Shown here piece after piece: positions 13,001-24,900 of a DNA stretch of 64,000 bases. The notes beneath the pieces were generated by a model. That model saw only the letters and a program-made list of their open reading frames with translations, ran no database searches and was not told the origin of the DNA. The stretch comes from Cyanophora paradoxa CCMP329 (taxonomy: Eukaryota > Plantae > Glaucophyta). How positions within the stretch are numbered: position 1 is the stretch's first letter; each line of letters starts with the position of its first letter. The DNA lies in the NCBI GenBank assembly GCA_004431415.1, contig QPMI01000457.1:186001-250000 (forward strand). The letters run 5' to 3'. Made by a program: the position numbers and the translations under genes.

Positions 13001-16000
13001 AAAACCAGGAGAACTCTAGCTGGACGCGATTCCCCGCGGTCGCCGATGTGATCGTCCTGCAAGCAACGTCGAAGTCATGCTCCATTCAACCTGAACTTAT
13101 AATTATATATGTACGCACCAAACGGCCAAGTCGCTCATCGCGCCCATTAGTTGTTATACGAGGAACGTAGTATAACGTACTTCGGACAGCGTGAATAATG
13201 TATATTGTTACATAAATTTCGCACTCTTTGTTGCTTCGCAACAAGTACTTCTTGGGTACTTGTTGCACCTGCAACAAGTCCTACGAGCTTCCTAAGAGCT
13301 GCAGCAGTGAGCTATCGCTGCAGCTGCTGCAGCTTCTCTTCAGAGTTGCTTGATAGCAGCTTCGCTTCTTGCTCCCATGGCAGCCCTAGCGCGCCCCCGC
13401 GGGCGCCTCCAGCTCTCCCGTTTCGTCCTAATTGTGTGTATCCTTGCGCTCCTCGTTTGCCCGGTCGCAAATGGCGCCCGGGGTGCGAAGAGAGCCAAAA
13501 CCGCGACTCCCTCTCCCAATCCGCCCGATCCGACTGTGGCGCCCTCTGCTGGCCCCAGTAGCCCACCCCCTGTTCCTCCAACGCCCACCCTGAGGCGCCG
13601 GCCCGGAGCCCGGCCCGCCAGTTATCACTCCTTCAGGCTCGAATATTTGCATCGGAACGCATGGCCCAACAGTGCCAACCCCATCCCAGCAGATTGCAGA
13701 CCAAACCGTAGAGGCGTTCAATCAGCGTTTCGCAGCCATTGAACATTACCTCGGCGAAGTGATTGCAGCTCGTACCATAGGTACTGCCACCGCCAATCCA
13801 GCCCCGATTCCAACTCCGCCCATTTCGTCGGTCCCACTTGTCGATTTGACATCGAACAATGGCGGTGAAGGATCATCTTCGGGCAACACTGCGCGTGAGC
13901 GTGCTGCACGTACACGTGAGCCCCTTACTGAGCGCGAACGCCAACGTCTCCACTATAATATTACCCGTTGGAATAACCCTCTAAACAAAGAATTTGCTTT
14001 GGACACTCTCGATAATATAGCGTTAGCCGAGGCCCGTGATTATTCTGCTCTTTATATCGCACTTAGAGACCAACTCAAAAAGATCCAACGCATCAATCAG
14101 CTAGGCCTTGATCGTGCTCTTAGACTGCAAAATGTAAACCAGGCTACTGATGATTTTCAGGAGCGCCAACTTTTGTTAACTGAACAAATGTATCAGCAGC
14201 AGTTGCAGCAGTTTACGCAGAATACTGTCACAGGCATGCCGTATGGTCGCTCACAGAATTTCGCTGCTCGCCCTCCCGGCCCTCGTCTGGCGGCCTCTGG
14301 CCCTACTCGCCCACGGGCTTGCTATCATTGTCATGATCCATCCCATATGCGTAATGTCTGTCCTGCTTTCCGTGCAGCTTGCCAGAACTGCCCTCCTGGC
14401 ACTCGCCCGACTCCTCTGCCGACTCCAAACTCGTAAATTTATTTCTTTTCACATCGATCCATCAGAATATCGATATTCATGAGTTTTTCGCTACTTATGT
14501 ACGAGCAGTGTTTTGACGCATGAGAGCATATCTTGATAGCAGAACCTGTGAACGTACTTGTGTTTTCTTGTGAGTAATTGATGATGGATTCGAAAATCGC
14601 TGCAATTTCTTGATGCCCCAAAATCGCCACTGGCGTGCATATGCATGGATGCAATTCGCGAAATCGCCTTTTTATGGCGTACATATTCATACATGTCGCA
14701 GCTCTGCCCTTTGTGGCATCTGCATGTCTTGTTTTTTGCTTTGAAAATCGCCTATGGCGTGCACTTACATCGACATTTATTGATTGCAAATTGTCAGGAC
14801 AGCTCTGCCCTCGCGTGGCATCTGTTGCTGTATTTCTTTTCAGTGCACGGCACTAGTGCATACTCCCTCGCCGGAGATGGAGATTCGGTCGCCATTTTTC
14901 TTTCCCTTGCGCAGTTCAAGCATCTGGAGTTCAGGCACGCCTCCCCCCATAAATCGCTCCTTGCACTGACTGGCGACCGAACGCATCGATGGCATTATAC
15001 ATACGCATTTTACATATATGTGTGCTTCTGTGTGCCGTTAGAGGCCTTGCACTCGTCTGCAGGCTCTCGGCCTTCGCTCTTTTGCTCTTCATGGCAATTG
15101 TACAAGTAGTACCTCAATTGCAATATACGAAATGAGCGCTGTCCGAATAGTTGTTATACGAGGAACGTAGTATAACGTACTTCGGACAGCGTGAATAATG
15201 TATATTGTTACATAAATTTCGCACTCTTTGTTGCTTCGCAACAAGTACTTCTTGGGTACTTGTTGCACCTGCAACAAGTCCTACGAGCTTCCTAAGAGCT
15301 GCAGCAGTGAGCTATCGCTGCAGCTGCTGCAGCTTCTCTTCAGAGTTGCTTGATAGCAGCTTCGCTTCTTGCTCCCACCCAACCCTCCCTAAATATATGG
15401 ATGCTGTTCTGCTGTCTATATAATTCCCTCCCCTTGCGTGCGGCCTCGAGCCTGCATTCTCGTGCACTATTAATTGAGTGCTGTTGTTTTTTCTGTCAGG
15501 TTTTACTGCTCGCTGTCTCGGAAGTGCGGATGCCTTGGCGGCATGGCGTGCAATCGGAACAAGTGATTACATCCTTTCATGGCTTCAGAACGGCTACCCT
15601 CTTGCTGGCGTCGAGCATATGCCTCCTAGTGTACATTACAATGCTGGTCAATCTCAGCGCCCTCGTGAGAGTACTTTCATTCGGGCAGAAATTCAGAAGC
15701 TGCTCGGTACCGGCGCTATTCGGGTGGCCCCCAAGCCCCCGAAAATTGTTTGCTCGCTATTTACGGTTCCAAAGAAGACTGGTGATAAGCTCAGACTGAT
15801 TTGGGATGGCCGCCCAACAAATCGAGGTCTTCCTCCTGTCCCTTTTCGCTATGAAAATATGCGCGAGGTCATCGCCTTGCTGCGACCTGGCTGGTTTATG
15901 TTTACTATCGACCTCGAGTCGGGATATCATCATGTACCGGTAGACCCGCAATATTTCTCGTATCTGGGCTTCCAGTACGATAGTACTTTCTTCGAATACA

Positions 16001-19000
16001 CCGTTTTACCCTTCGGGCTCTCACATGCCCCATATGCATTCACCAAGATCATACGTCAGGTCATTAAATTTCTCCGCGCACACGGTATTACCGTGGTATC
16101 GTATGTAGATGATTTCTGGTTTGCGGCTCCCACGTACCAGGCCGCTGTTAATCTTCGCAATTTCATTCTCGATCTTTTTCGCCACCTGCACTTATTCATT
16201 AATGAGAAATCGGCCCTTGAGCCTGCACAGCGTGTCGAATTTTTAGGGTTTATTGTAGATTCCACATCTATGATGTTTGAGGTCCCTCTGCAGAAGCTTA
16301 GTAAGCTTCAGGACCGGCTAAAGGACGCAGCTAAGCGCATCCAGTCGTGCCAGGCTAGAGGCGTGCAATTTCAGATGTCAGCTCGTACACTCGCTTCGAT
16401 TGTCGGTGTGCTTATGTCAATGGCCTTAGCTATTGCACCCGCTCGCATTCATACTCGATCCATTTATCGCAACATTGATATTACCCAGCGACAATTTCGG
16501 TGGAATGCCCCGGCGGTGGTATCGCCGGAGGCCCAGGAGGAGCTTCTGTGGTGGCATGCAAATCTCGCCCGCTATAATGGGCGGTGTGCCATCCGGCCAG
16601 AGCGAATTTTCGTTGTTACGACGGATGCCAGCAAGATCGGTCTTGGTGGTTTTGTCACCACCGAGGTTGGCGATCTCTCATTCCAACAACAGTGGACTCC
16701 TGCAGAGTCGGCCCAGACGCCTGCATGGCGTGAGATGACCGCCATTATTCGTGCTCTGCATCATTTCAGTCCTTACCTGCAGCACGTTAATTTACTAGTT
16801 CGCTCAGATAACACAAATGCAGTGCAGTACATTCTTAATGGTGGCGGTCGTAGCCCGAGCTTACATTAATCGCCAAGGAAATTTGGAATTTCGCCTTGCA
16901 AAATTGTGCCTTCATGGATGCTGAGTGGATACCTGGAGAAACCAATAATTTCGCCGATTATCTTAGTCGCTGGTTTGCCCCTGCTGACTATCAGCTTTCC
17001 GATGCTGTTTTCCGTCGCATTGTTAACAGATATGGCTTGCCTGATGTCGATCGAATGGCATTAGCTTCCTCTGCACGTGTCCCTCGCTATAATAGCATTG
17101 ATCCTTTTGACCGCCTTGCAGAGGCAGTAGACTGCTTCACTGTTGATTGGTCTCGTGATTTTAATTATGTTTTCCCCGACCCTGCAGTCCTACTGCGGGT
17201 GGTTCGTCATGCTCAAGCTTGTCGAGCTCGGATGATTGTTGTAGTACCCGAATGGCCCTCACAGCCATGGTGGCCTATCTTGCAGGCTGCAGCTGTGGAG
17301 CCCCTCTGCATCTTGGTCGGGGTCACACAGTATGCCTTTTCGGTCCAACTCGTGCTGCTCTTCCTGAGTGGCTGCTCCTCGCTTTTCTAGTTCAGTTTTA
17401 GCTGCACCCAATTGCAAACTAGTGTCAAATAATTATAAATGCAATCGAGCGCACACCCTCATGCTTCTAACCATACCCTGCAGTGGATGCAGCTCGTTGG
17501 GCCCACATCTGTGCTCGCATTACGTTCTACGCAAACCAGCATCTTGCCTCATCCACGCGAGATGCATATGCAATGTGGGTTGGCCGTTTTCGGCAGTTCT
17601 GCATTCAGCTGGGTGTTCTACCTTTTCCCGTCGATGCTGAGGTTCTAGCCGGTTTTTTGTGCGATATTGCTGACGATGACTACGTCTTCTCAACTATAAA
17701 TGTAGCTTTTTCTGCAGTTCGTAATGAGTGTGAGACCTTGCGCTTTGATACCTCAGTTTTCAGCTCAGTGCTTATTCAGCACGTCCTCACGGGCTTGCGC
17801 CGAGTCCTAGGCGATGGCCCCACTCGCCCAGCGGCCGTCCTTTCGGTCGAACATATTCGCCGGCTAGCGGTAGCTTCCGATCGTGTTCCATCACAGACCC
17901 ATCGTCGCTCTATTGCTATGATCACCGTCGGTTTCTTTGGCCTCCTCCGTCGCTCTGAGATTGTGCAAATTCGGCGGTCTCATTTATCTTTCCGCCCAGA
18001 TGGCATGGTCCTCCGCGTCCCTCGCTCTAAAACAGATCAGACTCGGATTGGTCACGAGCTTTTTATTTCGGCTCTGCCAGGCAACGTGTTATGTCCTGTT
18101 TTTCGTCTTCGTGTTTATATAGCCACTCTGCCTCCTACTGTGGATGTCGTATTTGGACAGCTTCGCAATCCTAGTGTCGCCCTTTCTCCGGCGTCTGTCG
18201 GCTTCGCACTTCAGCAGCTTCTCAACCTCGCTGGTATTGACAAATCTGGTTTCGCCACGCACAGCCTGCGCCGCGGTGGGGCCTGTGCTCTTGCAGCTGC
18301 TGGTGTTCCCGACGACGTCATTCGCGCCTTCGGACGTTGGCATCCGGATTCTCAGGTCTATCGCCGCTACATTCAGGGTTCGGCGCGGCCCGGTCTCACC
18401 AGCGCCATGGTTCTCGCCGGGAACATCCCGACTCCCTTGCCTTCGCCGTCATCTTCGCCTTCTGCTTGATTCCGGCGTTGTCTTTGTCTTTGGGGCGCGG
18501 GCACCCTTGCCGCCACTGCGGACGTGCCGCATGGCGGAGGCTGCCCGCTTACCCTTCTTTTATTATTCATATGCAGATTCATATTCCCATTCATTTGCTT
18601 TACAGCTGCATGAGCATGATTTCTCTTATGTCTGTCATGCATATGATGCATGAGCGCATTCATACTGTAGATTTAGATATAGAGTAGCTGCAGACTTTCT
18701 GCATTCATAGCTAATCATTTGTAGTCTCTAGATCCTTTAGTACTCTTCTTTTCCTCAATATTCTCTTCAACCATTTATACACACAATCATTCGTAACCGA
18801 ATGAATTGTAAACTAGCTGCTAGGAAATCCGAATCTTTGCTGCCATTGTTGTGAGCAAGTGTGTTCGCCTGCTATCAGGAAACCTTCACTTCATGGCAAT
18901 TGTACAAGTAGTACCTCAATTGCAATATACGAAATGAGCGCTGTCCGAAGTCGACATCGACATTGAGCGCCGTCGCGGTCGATGAGGCGATGTAACCGCC

Positions 19001-19087
19001 GGGCGCGACCCCGTTGTTCGCGATGGCCCCGGCGGCCGCAACGAATGCGAGTGCGGCGCAGAGCGCCCGCAGTAGGAAATGCGCCAT
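7040..19087 (-). CDS. Host secreted/surface CUB-domain glycoprotein with Ser-Pro-rich linker, disrupted by the YR retrotransposon
   Basis: Signal peptide MAHFLLRALCAALAFVAAAGA at 19087. Removing 13148-18949 restores frame (VD|MGAMSDLAVW/TITSATAGNRVQLEF...DLIR/VIDLG...FTSSSDTLLV...FNATY = CUB). Second CUB-like exon ~8930-9145 (SEMLVVFVADCC..YNGMNAT). SPSPSASP tract ~8460-8690. 3' end approximate. Confidence 0.65.
8460..8690 (-). repeat. Coding (SP/SA)n low-complexity repeat, hydroxyproline-rich-glycoprotein-like linker
   Basis: Translation SPSPSPSASPSPSPSASPSPSASPSASPSPSP...TPSPSPSP. Confidence 0.8.
11480..12245 (+). CDS. C2H2 zinc-finger + AT-hook (RGRPR) repeat protein, probably spliced/degenerate, antisense inside the CUB gene
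   Basis: CSTCKRLF..FDRH and YPCRQCSIVC...LRQHEAAH fingers; downstream repeats encode RGRPR motifs. Confidence 0.55.
11792..12243. repeat. Degenerate ~120-bp tandem repeat (about 4 units)
   Basis: Recurring cccgcaccaagcg...ggccggggccgcccccgcctcga...gccgcgagtcgg units at ~11793, 11911, 12070, 12196. Confidence 0.8.
13148..13377 (+). repeat. Split direct repeat A1 (230 bp)
   Basis: Identical to 15148-15377 (tagttgttatacgagg...cttgctccca). Confidence 0.95.
13672..14436 (+). CDS. Gag-like ORF with CCHC zinc knuckle
   Basis: CYHCHDPSHMRNVC near the C-terminus; first ORF of the element; true start may be upstream. Confidence 0.8.
   Translation: MPTPSQQIADQTVEAFNQRFAAIEHYLGEVIAARTIGTATANPAPIPTPPISSVPLVDLTSNNGGEGSSSGNTARERAARTREPLTERERQRLHYNITRWNNPLNKEFALDTLDNIALAEARDYSALYIALRDQLKKIQRINQLGLDRALRLQNVNQATDDFQERQLLLTEQMYQQQLQQFTQNTVTGMPYGRSQNFAARPPGPRLAASGPTRPRACYHCHDPSHMRNVCPAFRAACQNCPPGTRPTPLPTPNS
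15087..15377 (+). repeat. Internal B1-A2 junction (copy of the circle junction)
   Basis: B1 15087-15147 = 18889-18949, immediately followed by A2 15148-15377 = 13148-13377 (ctgtccgaa|tagttgtt). Confidence 0.95.
15478..17390 (+). CDS. Pol: reverse transcriptase + RNase H + DAM-like methyltransferase domain (one frameshift at ~16866)
   Basis: KLRLIWD, IDLESGYHH, LPFGL..AP, YVDD (RT). TDAS, EMTA, RSDN, WIPGETNNFADYLSR (DIRS-type RNase H split across frames). DRMA..DCFTVDW..YVFP..VVPEWPSQPWW (MT). Confidence 0.92.
17483..18469 (+). CDS. Tyrosine recombinase of the retrotransposon
   Basis: GFFGLLRRSE, RSKTDQ, HSLRRGGA, GRW, YRRY catalytic motifs. Confidence 0.95.
   Translation: MDAARWAHICARITFYANQHLASSTRDAYAMWVGRFRQFCIQLGVLPFPVDAEVLAGFLCDIADDDYVFSTINVAFSAVRNECETLRFDTSVFSSVLIQHVLTGLRRVLGDGPTRPAAVLSVEHIRRLAVASDRVPSQTHRRSIAMITVGFFGLLRRSEIVQIRRSHLSFRPDGMVLRVPRSKTDQTRIGHELFISALPGNVLCPVFRLRVYIATLPPTVDVVFGQLRNPSVALSPASVGFALQQLLNLAGIDKSGFATHSLRRGGACALAAAGVPDDVIRAFGRWHPDSQVYRRYIQGSARPGLTSAMVLAGNIPTPLPSPSSSPSA
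18889..18949 (+). repeat. Split direct repeat B2 (61 bp), right terminus
   Basis: Identical to 15087-15147. Confidence 0.95.
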
Positions 19088-19736
19088 GCCGCCGCCGCCG
19101 CCGCCGCTGCTGCTGCCACGTATACGCATATACGTCACAGGTGCAATCGCTGAGTGTCACAGTGTGCGCTCGATCGGACCGCGCTTGGAAAGACCCTACC
19201 GCCGGCTACCGGTACCCGTAGGAATATATACTGCAGTCTGCAGCTGGTAGAAGCGAGCGTTAACGGCAATCCCGGGAATATTATATACCCGGGAATCCCG
19301 GCAAGAATGTTAGCGTGTGATCACTGAGCCATCAGTGCCCATCACTCGATGTACAGTCACTGATCATATGCATCGGATCATGAGTCATGATGAGTGTGCG
19401 CTCGACGTCGACCGGACCGCGCTCGGAGGCTACTCGGAGCATGTCCGACGTCGACGTCGACGGTCGCCGAGTCGATGTGCACGTGAGAGCCCACTAGTAC
19501 TGAGAGGTGAGAGAACGACCCTACGTATACCGCCGGGCTACGTATACCGGTCCGGATCCGGTAGAATTCCGTGAGGACCGTGACTCCGTGAGTCCGTGAG
19601 CCCGGCGTGAGGACCGTGCACGTGACCACTGACCACTGAGTATAGCTACGGACTCCGTAGGGTTTTTCCCCACCGCGGTATACGCGTAAAAAAATACCGC
19701 GTATACGCGATATTTCCCACTGCCACGAAACAATAA

Positions 19737-20082
19737 AGAAAGACCCTTTCCGGTCGATCCCTCGGATCATCATCATTGATCATGACTGAAGCAGTCTGCA
19801 TGCCATGATCTTGATGTCTGCAGCTGAAAGACCCTGCAGAGGATGTTCAACGGTACGTACCGTTTAAAAACAGACTGAAAAAAACGTTAACGTTAACCGG
19901 TACGTACCGTTTAACATCCTCTGCAGGGTCTCAGCTGCAGGCATCATGGCATGCAGAGTCATTGCAGACTGATGATGCAGTGCACAGTTGTATGTGCCAG
20001 TACTGACTCATGATCGAGGATCATGAATCATGATCAAAGGGATCGACCGGTACCGGTGAGGCCCGCGAGGGTCTTTCTTTCT
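19737..20082. repeat. Foldback / long imperfect inverted repeat centred ~19880
   Basis: agaccctgcagaggatgtt..cggtacgtaccg mirrored by cggtacgtaccg..aacatcctctgcagggtct; outer arms agaaagaccct..ccggtcgatccct / agggatcgaccgg..agggtctttct. Confidence 0.8.
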
Positions 20083-21925
20083 TAGCACATTCTAACATCA
20101 ATGTAAGTTCCAAATACCCGCGCCATTTGTTTTACCGGTACATTGGAGCGAAACGGGTTTTTGTTCTTAGTGAGTCACTGACTACGGGGGCAGCCTGTGT
20201 CCCGAGTCCCGACTCATGGGGGCAGCCTGTGTCATGAGTCATGATTCATGAATCCCGAGTCCCGAGTCCCGACTCATGAGTCATGATCATGATCGATACG
20301 ACGAAACCTGCCAGCCTCTGGCAGCCTGTGCCGGTGCACGTGCTAGGGGCTGGTATCATGGTCATTCGACGTGCGGAATCCGAGCCCCTACGCCGTGACG
20401 TCTCTTCCGAAGGAGATTCCGAGGGTCTTTCTTCCACTTTTCAAGTTTTTCGAATTCCGTCTCTAAAATCTAGCTATATAGCCTACTAGGCCAGTAGATC
20501 TTAAGTACCGGGTACCATACCGGTTACCGGTAGTACAAGCATCATGGCATGGTGCGCCGCGCACGCCGTGAGGCCTGTGACGGGCCGGGGAATATTACCG
20601 TAAAACACTTAAGTAATGCGCCGGTAAGTAATGCGTTTTTGGACTCGGACCCCCAGTACGGTTAATTATGCGCCCCCGAATTAATGCGTTTTTAGGCCTT
20701 CTGTTTTTTTTTGGTGAATTACCGGCCACTGTGACAGTCTCTAGACACCAGCACTGCGGGGGCTGCCCAGGGGGCACAAAGACAAAAAAGCAAAATAACT
20801 AAGACAAGAGCACGAAGAAAGATAAGACAAAAAGCCAAAATCGACAATAAAAAATAAAAGACACAGAGCTCGAGACAGATCGATAGCGAGAAGAGACGAT
20901 AAATCGAGCAGATCTAGGGACAGAGGAGAACTGACACGAAGAAGAGCCAGAGCTAGAGATACCATCAATATCAGAAGGAATTACATCACTAAGAAGCGGG
21001 GGACAAAATTGAGAAAGATAAATAACAGGAAGAAGACAAGTAAGAGGAACAACAAGACGACATGGAGGCGGAGGCGAAGCAGGACGATGCGAAAGGGCAG
21101 AGCTACGGCACGAGGTCGAGGAGGACACAGGAGGCGGAGCAGGCGGATCAAGAGCAGGCAAAAGGACAGTCAAAGGAATCACTAAAGCCGGCCGGGGTCG
21201 AGGCGGGCAATCGAACTGCAAACGACGGCGAACAACAGGTCGAGCACGAGGACTATAGCTAGTATTGAAACTAACTCTAGCATCAACACTACGATCAGAA
21301 TCCGAACCAGACCGAACTAAACTAGAAGACGAAGAAGTACGCCGGCGCCGGCGGGATACGATCGCGACCAGCGAAGCAGAAGACGAAGGCAAAGGCGGCA
21401 GTCCGGTATCAAGAACAAAGGCCGGAGGGTCCGGCCCGGCAAACCGCCGGAGGGAAGTAGAAGGAGCCGCAGGCTCGGCAAGCCGGCGACGGGTACGTCC
21501 ACGAGTCCGGGAGGAGATCGGGGAAGCCGGTCCCGGAGCTGAGGGCCCAGGAGCAGAGCCAGGAGAAGGTAAGCCCGGCGAGAAATCTGACCCGGAGCCG
21601 GAACCCAGCGAACGACGACGACGAAGAGGCCCCCGAGGAGCCACGACGGGGGAGCTACCGAGCAAAGTACTGACAGCCGGCGCCGAACACGGTGGCGGAG
21701 GAACCCCACAGACAGTGGCAGGCGGAGAGTCCAGGATCGATCGAGAGATCCGCCGACGGGAATGCGGCGGGGGCCGACGAGACGGAAGAGGCGAGGAGGG
21801 AGCCGAGGAAGGGTCGGAGGCAGGGGAAGGGCCGCGAGCAGGTGACGGGGATCGCTGCCGGCGCCGAAGAGACGGCAGCGAAGCAGGAGAAAGGTCGGGT
21901 GGCGCCGGATCAGATGACACGGAGG

Positions 21926-24900
21926 TCATGGCCATGGGCGGCGCAGAGAGAGACGAGCTCGAGGGCGCAAGGGCCCGACGAGGGCGCCGGCGGCGAATCT
22001 CACGAGCGCCAGGAAGCGGGATAGGACCCGCAGATGGGACCCGAGGCGCCGAAGGGGGAGCAGGGAGCCGGAATGACGGGGAGACCGAAGAGAGGACAGT
22101 CTCGCCAACACTCGGAAGCGGGGCAGAGGCCGAGGACCCGGAGCTCGAGGGGGGGAGGGAGGGCGGAGGAGGAGAGAGAAGGCGGCTATTCGAAGGGTAT
22201 GGAGAATCGAGAGCGGAGGCGAGGGAGGCCGAAGTGATGGCGAGCTCTGGAGGCGAGGGGCCTGCAAGCGGATCCGGGAAAGTGGATGCAGACGCAAAGA
22301 GACCGGGGACGTAGAGGCGGGAGGGGCATGCAAAAAGATAGTGCCGCCCAGCGTCACAGTTGCAGAAGCGGGGGCAAGAAGGATGGGCTGAAGAGGGGGC
22401 TGAACCAGGAGGACGTCAGAAAGAGGGCCTCGCAGGGGCGGAAGTGGAGGAGCAAGGGGAAGAGGTAAGAAGGGGTATGGAGCTGCAAGATGACCAGGGA
22501 CCTGCCAGGGAACAGGCAAGTGAAGAGGCCCCGTGACAGCAAGTTGTAAGGAGGGAGGAGGCAGAGGCGGGGCCAAAGGGCCAAGGAGCACAGGGATCAG
22601 GACCGCAGGGAATGGGGGGAAAGGAGCGTCGAGAGGGGCAGCGAGAGCAGGAATAGGAATGGGCCCAAGGGTCACTACAGGGGCCAGAGCAGGAGGGGAC
22701 GGCGCAGGAGGCGGGCGACCACCAGGGATCCCCAACGGGACATTCCCACGAACGGCAAACTCCGCAGGATTCCGGAGGACAGAATCGATGTCACGCGAAG
22801 AGACGAGGTTGTCAGCACCGCCCGAAGAAGGAGCGCCGGACGAGTCAGAATCAGAGCTTGAACTAGAACGATGAGAACCGGCACCAGACTCTGAATCATG
22901 TGCGTCATCATCCGAGGCAGCCTGATCATCAGCGTCAGCAGCAGCCAAGCGAGCGCGCCGCTCCTCCAACAAGGCCGAAGCCTGCGGAAGGGTGAACTCG
23001 AGGTACGACATATTTCTGTCCCAGGCGGCAACAAGTGCGGCGCGGTTGTAAGCAGGTGCATCAATGTCAGCCTCCTCAAGATCGCACCGAGCGCGAGCAA
23101 CCTGTTGGATGGAAAATACGCCAGCAAGGATCGCTCCAAGTGATCGAAGGCAGAAGGCGGGGTTAACTTTACTGCGTAAAATGGGCCCAGATAAATCCGG
23201 AACCGAGAGGATGTGGAAGAGAGAGAGGTCAGGCACTGCGACCTCTTCACGCTCATCCGGTGGAAGAGTAGAAGCCCAGAAATTCAGGCGCTCACGAATG
23301 AAATCCCAGAACGAACGAGAAAGCGGGCACTCAGAGAAAACGTGCACGTGAGAGCGAGCAGATCCGTCATTACAAACCCGACAGAAACGACGGCGGGGCG
23401 ACTGTTGCTCGCCCAAACGATACAATTTGAAATGCAAACGGTAAAGAGCATCGATCCAAAGCATCGGAAAACACTGAAGGACGACAAGATTAGGAAGACG
23501 GGACGGAGACAAGGCGCCGGGAAACCCCCACTTAGCATCGGGCATCTGAGCGTGGCTAGACACATCGCGAAGCCGCTGGACCTCAAGGCAGTAGAAGCGT
23601 CGAACAGAGGAGAGGCGGAGAGGGAGCATACGAGCGAAAGTGAACGCAAGATTATCAAGAGAAAGAAAGGCCGAAGGACCTGCGCCAAGAACAAAAAGGC
23701 CAGGCAGGGTCCCGCGACGAAGAGAGAGGAAGACAGCGCTGAAGCAAACATGCAGCGGGAGCAAACGGGACAGAATTGAATTGGAGCTCGAGGATAGGCC
23801 CACAGGGTGGGAAGCCGCAGGGCGGCAAGGAACGCGCGGTACGTAGTCCAGCACCCGTGGAATTATCTGGTTATCGCGAACGGGGAAGGCAACAAAAGTA
23901 CCACTTGGGCCTCGAAGGAGAGCAAACGAGGCGTCCGGTCCGGACCACCAGAGATGCTGAGGCGGCGGTGCAGGGGCCTCGAGAACCTGGCGCCAAGTAG
24001 CCGGGAGCGCAGAGCACAGACTAGGGAAAAAGGAGTGGAGGGCGGAGGAGGCAGCTGCTGGAGCCCGGAACCCCCGGGCAGCACAATCCCAGATATCGCA
24101 GACCCGCAGCAAGCCGGACCGTGCACAGCGACTCCAGTCGACCTCGTCGCCGGGAGTTCTGAACAGAGGATTGAAGAAAAGAGGTTGGGATAACACTTCG
24201 GGAGAGTTACGAGGTTGACATACGCCCTGGCGCTGAGCCCACTCGGAGAGAGTCTGCTTCCAAATAGGAGGCAAGTCAAGTCTGTCAAGTGGGAGGCGGA
24301 GCGAGACAAGGGCGGGGCCATAGGAAAAAGGTGCCAGCTGAGCGTCCAGTTTGCTCAAGAGGCACTCCTTCCAAGGAGCCGAACAAGAGGGGTCAGCGAG
24401 CAAGGCCACCCACTTCATTTTCAGCGATAACGAAAAAGCTCGAATATCCGGGCAGTTGAGACCACCTTGACGCCACGGCAGAGGAGAAATATACTTCGAA
24501 AGCTGCCCGCTCACGCCAGCAAAAGCGCGAAGCTTCTCTTGCCATGTCGAATACTGAGCATCAGGGGGATCAAGCAAATATAGAGCATAATGGAGGGACC
24601 CAATAAATACAGCCCAGGCAAGGAGAACGCCGGAACGCATCGGCATGCGATAAGTCTTCGCTTGCTGGACACGGATATCAAGAGCAGCGTTCTTTTTCCG
24701 CCAGAACCGAGACAGATCGGGCTCTAGTGGAAAGCCCAGGTATTTTCGAATTTTTTCAGCGGGAGGGAGATCCGTCACCTGAAGACGCCGCCAGGGGCAG
24801 TCCTCGGCGCTAGGCCAGGCATGTGCGGGGATATCGCGGAGTGGAAGAAGGCTAGATTTCTCGAGATTAATAAGCGCTCCAGAGAGCCGGCAGTATTTAT

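Larger units (their letters stand above)
13148..18949 (+). mobile_element. Tyrosine-recombinase retrotransposon (DIRS order, PAT-like, split direct repeats), full length 5802 bp, no TSD
   Basis: gag-CCHC, RT/RNase H, MT-like domain and YR. Terminal repeats A (13148-13377) and B (18889-18949) recur joined as B-A at 15087-15377. Exact removal restores the host reading frame. Confidence 0.93.
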
